64,000 nt of DNA from an uncultured Thermoleophilaceae bacterium (GCA_963826165.1 CAWGWC010000017.1:121233-185232), one strand, 5' to 3'; positions 54,065 through 61,847 are shown, numbered from the stretch's first letter. Numbers and translations are program-made. The notes: generated by a model from the sequence alone, not told the origin.

Positions 54065-54307
54065 CTAGCCCGGCGCGGCCTCGACGCTGCGCACGTCGAC
54101 GAGCTGACCCAGCCAGTCCTCGATGCAGTGAGCGTGCGAGGCGGGAGCAGCCACACCGATCTCCAGCCGGCCTCCGTAGTGGCGGTCGCCGGCCGCGAAC
54201 TCCACGCTCGTGACCCGGCAGCGCCGGCGCCGCAGCACGATGAGCACGCGCACGATGGCGTCGGGAGATCCGTTCAGCTCGACCGACAGTCTCTTGCTCG
54301 TGTTCAC
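54065..54307 (-). CDS. Small ACT-domain protein resembling the acetolactate synthase small subunit IlvM
   Basis: 80 aa, GTG start 7 nt after GGAAGGAG. The pattern LSVELNGSPDAIVRVLIVLRRRRCRVTSVEF..LEIGVAAP..QLVDVRSVE parallels E. coli IlvM (..FNPETLERVLRVVRHRGFHVCSMNM..IELTVASP..KLVDVAHV) as I remember it. Confidence 0.7.
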   Translation of the reverse strand: MNTSKRLSVELNGSPDAIVRVLIVLRRRRCRVTSVEFAAGDRHYGGRLEIGVAAPASHAHCIEDWLGQLVDVRSVEAAPG

Positions 54308-54487
54308 GTGGCGACTCCTTCCGGTCCCGATCAGGAAGGCGCCGCCATCCCGGTCCGAGGACCGTTCGGCCTGCGACCCGGGTGTGGGCGCAGGCTAGAT
54401 GGCAATGGCGATGATGACGCGCGCGCAGAGGCCCGCGTCCGGTCCGCTGGACCGGCCGAGATTCTCGTGCTGCGGCGACGACATCAT
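54308..54487 (-). promoter_or_regulatory. Candidate leader region: 30-codon mini-ORF ending RVIIAIAI-stop (54487..54395) followed by three hairpins, the last of which masks the SD of the ACT gene
   Basis: Read directly: MMSSPQHENLGRSSGPDAGLCARVIIAIAI. Hairpins CCTGCG/CGCAGG (54394-54370), CGGTC/GACCG (54364-54351) and CCTTCC/GGAAGG (54339-54317). The mini-ORF has no SD. Confidence 0.3.
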
Positions 54488-54502
54488 CAGAGGCGAGGAA
54501 GG

Positions 54503-55829
54503 TTAGAGCCGCGTGGAGTCGCCGGTCAAGGCGACCTGCTCGATCAGGTCGGCGGCCCGGACGGTCCCGGGCGAGTCCTGGAGCCGGCGCGACACGGTGG
54601 CCAGGCGCGGGCCCAGGGCTGCATCGGACAACAGCCCCTCGACTGCCGCGGGCAACTCCGCCGGCTCGTGTCCGTAGGTGTCGAGCCGAACCCCGAAGCC
54701 GGTCTCATGGATCCGCTGGGCATTGTCGTGCTGGTCCCAGAACACAGGCAGCACGACCATCGGCTTTCCGTAGTAGAGCGACTCGGTCACCGTGTTGTTG
54801 CCGCCGTGGGTGATCACCAGGTCGACCTGCGGGAGGATCGACGCCTGAGGCAGGAACTCGGCCCCGGCCATGTTGCCGGCGAGCTCGAGTGACTCGTGCT
54901 GTGGGCCCATCGACACGATCACCCGGAAGGGCGCGTCCGCCAGCGAGTCGATCAGCCCCTGCATGAGCTCGACGTCGCCGGAGGCGAGCGAGCCGAGGCT
55001 CAGATAGACCAACGGCTCGTCACCGTCCGACAGGGAACGCGGCATCGTCCAGGGGTCGTCGGTCCCCCGGACGCTCGCCTCGAGGTTGTGCCAGCCGGAT
55101 CCGAGCGGAGAGGCGCGGACGTAGTCGATCTCCGCGGGATAGAGCCACAGGTTGAGCCAGGGAGACTCGTGCATGAACTCGAGCTCCGGCAACGGCGGCG
55201 CCCCGCGCTCGCGGCAGAACGCGTCGAAGCCGGCGTGCATGTCGGCGTGCGTGCGCTCGAACTCCGCGCGGTAGGCGTCCCAACGGCTGCGATCGGCGGT
55301 CGGATAGCCCGAGAAGGTGGGGGGCACCTGCTCGTCGCGCAACTCGGCCGGGTTGCAGGAGACGATGCGCACCCAGGGCCGCCCACATGCCATCAGTGCG
55401 GGAAAGCTCACGACGTTGTCCTCCAGCGATCACGTCGGGCCGCAGCTCGTCGAAGATCTCGATCAACCGCTCGTCCACGTGCCTGGCGCCATCGATCAGC
55501 GCCTGGAACGTGGGCGCGATGAACCCCTCGAGCTGCTCGATGGTCGGCGTGCGAAACACGGGCGCCGTCTCGCGGATGAAGTCCTTCCAGAACTGGCCGG
55601 GGTCCTCCTCCGCCTTGGGCGCCGGCGCCAGCCGCATGAGCCGCTCCTCGAACCCCTTCTCCTCGAGCGTGCCGGCGAAGGATTCCTCGATGATGAACAC
55701 AACCCGATGCCCGCGGCGCCGCAGCACGTCGCCGATGCCGACGCAGTTGTTGGTCGGCCCGTACGCGCCCTCGGGGAAGAACACGATGGTCGCCTGGGCG
55801 GCCTCGCTGGCTTGGCTGATCTGCGGCAT
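54503..55829 (-). pseudogene. GT1-family (MGT/UDP-glycosyltransferase-like) glycosyltransferase with a 1-nt frameshift near 55427
   Basis: N-half in ORF 55020..55829 up to ..IFDELRPDVI. The C-half continues in another frame as LEDNVVSFPALMACGRPWVRIVSCNP.. (ORF 54503..55411) through THGGNNTVTESL. The DNA reads GTG ATC g CTG GAG GAC. Confidence 0.8.
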
Positions 55830-55866
55830 TGCCTTCCTCGGACCGGACGCTATCGTCCTGCGTCAA

Positions 55867-55940
55867 CGGGGCGTGGCGCAGCTTGGTAGCGCATTCGACT
55901 GGGGGTCGAAAGGTCGCTGGTTCAAATCCAGTCGCCCCGA
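55867..55940 (+). tRNA. tRNA-Pro (anticodon GGG)
   Basis: Hand fold: acceptor CGGGGCG/CGCCCCG, D-stem GCGC/GCGC, anticodon stem TTCGA/TCGAA, loop CTGGGGG, T-arm GCTGG-TTCAAAT-CCAGT. Confidence 0.95.
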
Positions 55941-56363
55941 TTGAGAGAACCGCCGCGCCCAGGAGACAACGTCGAGATCGTGCGCCGCAGCCTCGAGGCA
56001 TTCGCCCGGGGAGACTTCGAAACCTCGTTCGCGGTTCACGATCCCGCCACCGAGTGGCGCACCGCCGCGGACGAGCCGGACCAGCAGACCTATCGGGGCA
56101 TGGCGGGTCTACGTCGCTTCGTCGAGTCGCTCGAGGAGCTATGGGAGGACCGCTTCGACGGAAGGACGGAGTTCGAAGACTTCATCGGCCGAGGCGAGTG
56201 GGTGGTCGTCCCCTGGCGTGGTCGGATGCGCGGCCGAACCAGCGGAATCACCGTGGAGGTGCAGGAGACGTACGCCGTGCAGGTCCGCGAGGGCAAGATC
56301 GTGCGCGTCGAGGAGTACCGGCATGCAGACGAGGCGCTCGCGCGTATCGACAGTTCGACCTGA
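55941..56363 (+). CDS. SnoaL/NTF2-like (ketosteroid isomerase-like) protein
   Basis: NVEIVRRSLEAFARGDFE..EWR..VREGKIVRVEEY. Start ambiguous: TTG 55941 directly abuts the tRNA-Pro 3' end; GTG 55980 follows AGGAG but trims the first helix. Confidence 0.75.
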   Translation: MREPPRPGDNVEIVRRSLEAFARGDFETSFAVHDPATEWRTAADEPDQQTYRGMAGLRRFVESLEELWEDRFDGRTEFEDFIGRGEWVVVPWRGRMRGRTSGITVEVQETYAVQVREGKIVRVEEYRHADEALARIDSST

Positions 56364-56452
56364 CTAGGACGACGTCGAATTAGCGCATTCCTGTTCGACG
56401 CTCTTGGTAAAGGATGCTCAAAGGGAGCGTCCGTGACCAAAGGAGAATCGAG

Positions 56453-56986
56453 ATGGGCAAGCTGATTGCGACGACGCAGGCCACCCTCGACGGGGTCATA
56501 GACCCGGTCGGCGAGTGGGTGCAGCCGGACGGAGACCACAGCGACTACTCGTTCGAGCGTCAGGCGAGTTCCAGCGGGCTGGTGCTGGGCCGCAAGACCT
56601 ACGAGGGGCTGGCGGGATACTGGCCGAGCGCGTCGGGCAAGTGGGCGGACATGGTCAACCCGATGCCGAAGTGGGTCGGGTCCAACAGTCTGTCCGGCGA
56701 CCTCGAGTGGAACGCGACCCTGCTCGACGGGGACCTCGAGGACTCGATCCCCAGGCTGAAGGACGACGTCGACGGTGATCTGTTCATGCACGGCAGCGGC
56801 GAGTTCGCGCACGCTCTCGCCGTCAAGGGCCTGATCGACGAGTACGAGATCTTCCTGAACCCGCTCGTCTGGGGCGAGGGCAACGTCCACGTGCTCGGCG
56901 ACAGGGGGACGGTGCGGATGGAGCTCGACGACGTGAAGCGGTTCGACTCCGGAGTGGTACTGCTCACCTACGTGCCGGCGTCCTGA
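56453..56986 (+). CDS. Dihydrofolate reductase-like (RibD C-terminal domain) family protein
   Basis: ATG 56453 after AGGAG. GKLIATTQATLDGV, LVLGRKTYE, LFMHGSGEF. Confidence 0.85.
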   Translation: MGKLIATTQATLDGVIDPVGEWVQPDGDHSDYSFERQASSSGLVLGRKTYEGLAGYWPSASGKWADMVNPMPKWVGSNSLSGDLEWNATLLDGDLEDSIPRLKDDVDGDLFMHGSGEFAHALAVKGLIDEYEIFLNPLVWGEGNVHVLGDRGTVRMELDDVKRFDSGVVLLTYVPAS

Positions 56987-57017
56987 CTGTGGCCGGGGTC
57001 AATTAGAGTTCGCCTCA

Positions 57018-58700
57018 GTGTCTGACCCCGTGCTGGTCGCCGTAGATGAGGATGCGGTGGCCCTGGCCGACGTCGAGCGAGAGCTGCGCGACCGATACGG
57101 GCGCCATTACCGCGTCGAATGCTTCGGATCGTCACGCGAGGCGCTCGACCGTCTCGAAGAACTGGCAGGCGGTGGCGAACCGGTGGCGCTGGTTCTGGCG
57201 GCGCCATGGCTCTCCGGCGTGACCGGGAGCGCGCTGCTGGACGAGGCGCGTCACCTTCATCCGCACGCCAAGCGCGGGTTGCTGATCGCGTGGGGCGATT
57301 GGGGAGATCGGGACACGGGCGAGGCGATCTTCGACTCGATCGGCCACGGCCGCATCGACCACTACGTGCTCAGGCCGGCGGGGTCGCCCGACGAGCTCTT
57401 TCATCAGGCCATCTCGAGTCTGCTGCTCGAGTGGGCGGAGGCGCGCCGCACCTCCCCGTACACCGTCCACGTGGTGGGTGAGTCGTGGTCCGGCAGGGCG
57501 TATGAGCTGAGGGACGTGCTCGGACGATGCGCGCTTCCCCACTCATTCTGCCTGGCCGATTCGGACGACGGGCGCGCGCTGCTGGCCGAGGCCGGCGCGG
57601 TGAGAGGACTTCCGCTCGTGGTGTTCCCCGACGGCACGGTCATGTCGGACCCGAGCGACGTCGAGCTCTCGAAGGCCGCGAGCTCGCCGGTTGATCTGGA
57701 CCGGGACGACTGGGACCTCGTGATCGTCGGCGCCGGTCCGGCCGGCCTGTCGGCGGCCGTCTACGGCGCCTCGGAGGGGCTCAACACGCTCGTGGTGGAC
57801 GAGGGAGGGGTCGGCGGGCAGGCCAGCTCGAGCTCGCAGATCCGCAACTACATGGGCTTTCCTCGCGGGCTCAGCGGCCGGCGCCTGGCTCAGCAGGCCT
57901 ACGAGCAGGCCTGGGTCTTCGGCGCGCAGTTCGTCTTCATGCAGCGGATCACTCAACTCGAACGCGAAGACGAGCGGCTCGTAGTGAGCCTCGCCGGCAG
58001 TGGCCGCGTGGCCGCCCGTGCCGTGGTTCTGGCCACGGGCGCCAGCTATCGCCGGCTCGGTGTCCCGGCGCTCGAGGAGCTGAACGGCGCCGGCGTCTAC
58101 TACGGAGGCACGGCCTCCGAGGCGCCGACCATGGTCGACGAAGACGTCTACGTCGTCGGGGGCGCCAACTCAGCAGGACAGGCGGCACTTCACCTCGCCC
58201 GCTACGCCCGCCGGGTCACGCTCCTGGTGCGCGCGCAGTCGCTCGGCGCGGGGATGTCGCATTACCTGGTGCGCCAGGTGGAGGCTGCCCCGAGAGTGGA
58301 GGTACGTCTCGGAACCGAGGTCGTGGGTGGCGGGGGGGACGGATGGCTTGAGCACCTGGTCCTCCGTGACGGCGCGGGTGGAGCGGAGGAGACGGTCGAG
58401 GCCGGCGGGCTCTTCCTGAATCTCGGCGCGCGCCCACACACCGATTGGCTGCCGGCGGAGATCGGCAGGGACGCCGGGGGCTTCGTTCTCACCGGAACCG
58501 ATCTAGAGCCGGGCGGCGCTTGGCCTCTCGAGCGCAGGCCCTCCGAGCTCGAGACGAGCATGCCGGGGGTACTGGCCGCGGGCGATGTGAGACACGGCTC
58601 CGTCAAGCGCGTGGCGTCCGCCGTCGGGGAGGGCTCGACTGCCATCCAGGTGCTCCACGGCCTGCTGGCCCCACGCGTCCCGGTAGCGTCGCGTCCGTGA
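57018..58700 (+). CDS. Receiver-like domain / Trx-fold linker / thioredoxin-reductase-like FAD-NAD(P) oxidoreductase fusion (Asp-less, no CxxC)
   Basis: 560 aa. N-terminus VLVAVDED..VALVLAAPWLSGVTG, FAD GxGxxG VIVGAGPAGLSAAVYG, GGQASSSSQIRNYMGFP, NAD VVGGANSAGQAAL, C-terminal AAGDVRHGSVKRVASAVGEG. Confidence 0.85.
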   Translation: MSDPVLVAVDEDAVALADVERELRDRYGRHYRVECFGSSREALDRLEELAGGGEPVALVLAAPWLSGVTGSALLDEARHLHPHAKRGLLIAWGDWGDRDTGEAIFDSIGHGRIDHYVLRPAGSPDELFHQAISSLLLEWAEARRTSPYTVHVVGESWSGRAYELRDVLGRCALPHSFCLADSDDGRALLAEAGAVRGLPLVVFPDGTVMSDPSDVELSKAASSPVDLDRDDWDLVIVGAGPAGLSAAVYGASEGLNTLVVDEGGVGGQASSSSQIRNYMGFPRGLSGRRLAQQAYEQAWVFGAQFVFMQRITQLEREDERLVVSLAGSGRVAARAVVLATGASYRRLGVPALEELNGAGVYYGGTASEAPTMVDEDVYVVGGANSAGQAALHLARYARRVTLLVRAQSLGAGMSHYLVRQVEAAPRVEVRLGTEVVGGGGDGWLEHLVLRDGAGGAEETVEAGGLFLNLGARPHTDWLPAEIGRDAGGFVLTGTDLEPGGAWPLERRPSELETSMPGVLAAGDVRHGSVKRVASAVGEGSTAIQVLHGLLAPRVPVASRP

Positions 58701-58722
58701 GCGAACGCGACAGCTCGAGACG

Positions 58723-58959
58723 CTACGTGTCCTCGACCTCGGGGCCGCGGACGGCCGCTGCGGGACGCTTCACGAGGATGCCGGACCGAAGGTCGGCCCG
58801 GTGCGCGTGCGAGTACTCGACCTCGGTCTCTTCGGTGGGGTCGGGCGCCTTCCCGGTGGACCGGGCGCCCGGCTCCACGCCGGCCCGCTCCATGAACCAG
58901 AGGCCGGCCGCCACCATGCCGACCACCACGACGCCCGCCACCATGAGGAAGGCGGTCAC
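58723..58959 (-). CDS. Small single-TM protein (78 aa)
   Basis: GTG 58959 overlaps the upstream stop as GTGA. TM segment FLMVAGVVVVGMVAAGLWF, then an acidic tail. Confidence 0.55.
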   Translation of the reverse strand: MTAFLMVAGVVVVGMVAAGLWFMERAGVEPGARSTGKAPDPTEETEVEYSHAHRADLRSGILVKRPAAAVRGPEVEDT

Positions 58960-59174
58960 CCGCGCCCCGCTCCCAGAGCGGCGTAGAAGGCGCCAAGCGA
59001 CAGGATCGATGGCACCCAGAGACCTACGAACAGAGCTTCCTCACGCGAGTCGGTGAACCACAGCACCACCGACAGCACGAACGAGAGAAACGCTGCGACC
59101 GCGATCCAGACGGCCCCCGGGTTGGACGTCAGGATCCCGCCGCCGGCGCGCGGTCGAGCGGATGCGGTGCTCAC
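58956..59174 (-). CDS. Small 2-TM protein (72 aa), paralog of 59171..59383
   Basis: GTG 59174 overlaps the upstream stop as GTGA. Shares the SREEALFVGLWVPS motif with the neighbour. Confidence 0.55.
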   Translation of the reverse strand: MSTASARPRAGGGILTSNPGAVWIAVAAFLSFVLSVVLWFTDSREEALFVGLWVPSILSLGAFYAALGAGRG

Positions 59175-59383
59175 TTCTCGTCGACCCTGAGGGCGTTGCC
59201 GATCGCCATGAACGTGGGAGCCCAGAGCCCGACGAAGATGCCCCAGCGCTCCGCCTTGGCCGCCGGCGCCTCCTCCTTGGAGCGCGAGGTGGCCCAAGCG
59301 CCGATGCTCGCGGCGATGGAGGCGAGGCCCGCCACGTAGGCGATGTCGCTGCTGATGCGCAGGCTGCGCAGAATCTTGACCAT
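59171..59383 (-). CDS. Small 2-TM protein (70 aa)
   Basis: ATG 59383 preceded by GAAGGGA. TM1 IAYVAGLASIAASIGAW, loop SRSKEE.., then WGIFVGLWAPTFMAIG. Confidence 0.6.
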   Translation of the reverse strand: MVKILRSLRISSDIAYVAGLASIAASIGAWATSRSKEEAPAAKAERWGIFVGLWAPTFMAIGNALRVDEK

Positions 59384-59467
59384 TTCCGTCCCTTCTTTGC
59401 TTTCTGTCTGTACGTGCGCGGCAACGGCCAGCGACCAGCGGGCACGCGCCACTGCTCGGCTGCTACT

Positions 59468-59485
59468 GTTAACTGCGTGGTTAAC
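59468..59485. promoter_or_regulatory. Two GTTAAC palindromes 12 bp centre-to-centre; candidate ArsR operator
   Basis: GTTAAC at 59468-59473 and 59480-59485, in and abutting the arsR start (GTG 59477). AT-rich hexamers are rare in this DNA. Confidence 0.4.
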
Positions 59486-59791
59486 GATCCGTTCAGGGCT
59501 CTGTCTCATCCGATCCGCCGGGGCATCGTCGAGCGGCTGTCCGCTGGGCCGGCGACGGTCGGTGACGCCACCCGGGGGTTCGGGGTATCCAAGCCGGCGA
59601 TCTCAAAGCACTTGAAGGTGCTGGAGGAGACCGGGGTGTTGAGACGCGAGGTGGTGGGCCGCACGCACCGGTTGTCGCTCGAGCCCGAGGTGCTCAGCGA
59701 GGCCGCTGATTGGATGGATCGCCAGCGCGTCCTGTGGGGGCGCCTGTTCGACGTCGTCGATGAATATCTCAAGGAGGACAAGCCGCGATGA
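59477..59791 (+). CDS. ArsR/SmtB-family transcriptional regulator
   Basis: GTG 59477 in frame within ORF 59162..59791. FRALSHPIRRGIVERL..VSKPAISKHLKVLEETGVL. Confidence 0.9.
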   Translation: MVNDPFRALSHPIRRGIVERLSAGPATVGDATRGFGVSKPAISKHLKVLEETGVLRREVVGRTHRLSLEPEVLSEAADWMDRQRVLWGRLFDVVDEYLKEDKPR

Positions 59792-60459
59792 ACACACCCC
59801 CGACCGTCTCGCCGCCGGAGTGGGAAACCGCCCGCGAGGAGCTGCTGGTCAAGGAGAAGGAGCTCACCCGGGCCCGCGACGCGCTGGCCGCCGAGCGGCG
59901 CCGCATGCCGAGGATGGCCGTGGAAAAGGACTACCGCTTCGAGGGCCCTGACGGCCCCGCCAGCCTGCTCGACCTGTTCGAGGGCCGCCGCCAACTGATC
60001 GTCTATCGCTTCTTCTATGAGCCGGGCGTGATGGGCTGGCCCGAGCGCGGTTGCGGCGGCTGCTCCTTCGGAGCCGACCAGGTGGCCCATCTCGCTCACC
60101 TCAACGCGCGCGACACCACGCTCGCCTACGTCTCGCGGGCGCCTCAGGAGAACATCCAGAAGCTCAAGGCCGAGATGGGCTGGCAGGTCCCCTGGTACAC
60201 GCTCACCGACGACTTCGACGCCGACTTCGGCGTGGACGAGTGGCACGGCACGAACGCCTTCATCCGTGAGGACGACCACATCTTCCGGACCTACTTCATC
60301 AACAGCCGCGGCGACGAGGCCATGGGCAGCACGTGGGCGTATCTCGACCTGAGCGCCCTGGGCCGCCAGGAGGAGTGGGAGGACTCCCCCGAGGGGTATC
60401 CGCAGACCCCGCCCTACCAGTGGTGGAACTACCACGACCGCTACGAGGAAGCCTCGTGA
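59788..60459 (+). CDS. DUF899 thioredoxin-like protein
   Basis: 223 aa, ATGA overlap with arsR. EWETAREELLVKEKELTRARDALAAERRRMP, GCGGCSFGADQ, FRTYFINSRG. Confidence 0.9.
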   Translation: MNTPPTVSPPEWETAREELLVKEKELTRARDALAAERRRMPRMAVEKDYRFEGPDGPASLLDLFEGRRQLIVYRFFYEPGVMGWPERGCGGCSFGADQVAHLAHLNARDTTLAYVSRAPQENIQKLKAEMGWQVPWYTLTDDFDADFGVDEWHGTNAFIREDDHIFRTYFINSRGDEAMGSTWAYLDLSALGRQEEWEDSPEGYPQTPPYQWWNYHDRYEEAS

Positions 60460-60559
60460 TCGCCCACGTGGGTGGCCTTCCGGTGGAGGAGCTCGTCCCG
60501 GCGCTCTTGGCGGCGCTCGTCGCCGTGAGGGCCGGCGCCCTGCGATCGGGGTTGAGGAG

Positions 60560-60994
60560 ATGATCGACAGCACGACGCTGCGCATGGAGCGCACCTACCA
60601 GGCGCCGGCGCAGGCGGTGTTCGAGGCCTGGACCAGCGAGGAGGTGATGCGGCGCTGGTGGCACGCCGAGCACGACTGGGAGACGACCGTGGCCGAGGTC
60701 GACCTGCGCGTAGGCGGCAGCGTGCGGGTGGTGATGCGCGACCCGCACAACGACATCGAGTACGGAGGCGGCGGCAGGTACACGGAGATCGACCCACCGA
60801 CCCGCCTCGCCTTCACCTGGATCTGGGATGACACCGACACCCGTCAGCTGATCGAGATCGACTTCGAGGAGAACGAGGGCGCCACCACGGTCCGCTTCAC
60901 CCACAGCGGCCTGTGGGACGAGGAGTCGGTCCGCTCCCACGAGGGTGGCTGGAGCAAGGCGTTCGACAACCTCGCTCGCACCCTCGCCGCCTGA
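60560..60994 (+). CDS. SRPBCC (AHSA1/Aha1-like) domain protein
   Basis: 144 aa. RTYQAPAQAVFEAWTSEEVMRRWW, VGGSVRVVMR, HEGGWSKAFDNLA. Confidence 0.9.
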   Translation: MIDSTTLRMERTYQAPAQAVFEAWTSEEVMRRWWHAEHDWETTVAEVDLRVGGSVRVVMRDPHNDIEYGGGGRYTEIDPPTRLAFTWIWDDTDTRQLIEIDFEENEGATTVRFTHSGLWDEESVRSHEGGWSKAFDNLARTLAA

Positions 60995-61043
60995 GCGTCC
61001 GCGCTGGTTCCCGATCGGGGAATCGGGTACTCGCGACGACGCG

Positions 61044-61445
61044 ATGGACGGCATCTGCGAACTGACGCTCGAGACCACTGACCTCGAGTCGCTCGCCTCC
61101 TTCTACACGAAGGTGATCGGTCTTTCCTTCCTCTCCGAAGAGGACGACCGCGTGTGGCTCGCGTGCGGCCCGAACACGCGGCTGGGGCTGTGGTGTCCAG
61201 GGGACAAGGAGTTCGGCGACGAGGGCGGACGCCACGTCCACTTCGCGTTCTCCGTCGAGCCCGGCAACCTCGACGAGCTGGCCGGACGGCTCGAGTCACA
61301 CGAGCGGGAGTTCCGCGGCCCGGTCGACCACGACGGTGGAGATCGCTCGCTCTACTTCGAGGACCCGGCCGGAAACCTCGTCGAGGCGTGGGACTTCTTC
61401 AATCGCGGAGACGGCGATCGCGACGGGGTCGACGCCCTTCGATAG
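61044..61445 (+). CDS. VOC (glyoxalase/bleomycin-resistance) family protein
   Basis: ATG 61044 in frame within ORF 60945..61445. ELTLETTDLESLASFY, HVHFAFSV, SLYFEDPAGNLVE. Confidence 0.85.
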   Translation: MDGICELTLETTDLESLASFYTKVIGLSFLSEEDDRVWLACGPNTRLGLWCPGDKEFGDEGGRHVHFAFSVEPGNLDELAGRLESHEREFRGPVDHDGGDRSLYFEDPAGNLVEAWDFFNRGDGDRDGVDALR

Positions 61446-61488
61446 GCACATCCCGTTTTCGTGATCGCTCGGCGGGTATCTCCTGGGC

Positions 61489-61833
61489 ATGCCACCACGC
61501 GGAGTCAAGAAGGGCACCAAGCGTGCCCGCCAGTACGAGAAGGTCAAGCAGTCGGAGAAGCGGCAGGGGCGCTCCGAGAGCCGGGCCGAGGAGATCGCCG
61601 CGCGCACAGTCAACAAGGCCAAGGCGCGCAGCGGCGAGTCGCGCACCCGCTCGAGCAGCTCGACCGACGACATGTCCTCGAGCCGGCGCGGCGGGCAGCG
61701 CTCGGGCACGAACCGGAGCAAGGGGCGCACCCGCGAACAGCTCTACACCGAGGCCAAGAAGCTCAACGTCGATGGCCGCTCCAGCATGAGCAAATCCCAG
61801 CTCCAGCGCGCCGTGGACGCCAAGAAGCGCTGA
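61489..61833 (+). CDS. Basic low-complexity protein with C-terminal Rho_N/SAP-like (HeH) motif
   Basis: 114 aa. Lys/Arg/Ser-rich, then TREQLYTEAKKLNVDGRSSMSKSQLQRAV. Confidence 0.7.
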   Translation: MPPRGVKKGTKRARQYEKVKQSEKRQGRSESRAEEIAARTVNKAKARSGESRTRSSSSTDDMSSSRRGGQRSGTNRSKGRTREQLYTEAKKLNVDGRSSMSKSQLQRAVDAKKR

Positions 61834-61847
61834 GCGGCTACAAACCG

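Noticed and set aside
60995-61043. Near-palindrome TTCCCGATCGGGGAA between the SRPBCC and VOC genes
   Set aside because: The core CCCGATCGGG is a 10-bp self-complementary GC-rich string without a loop or flanking signals. It could arise by chance in this composition.
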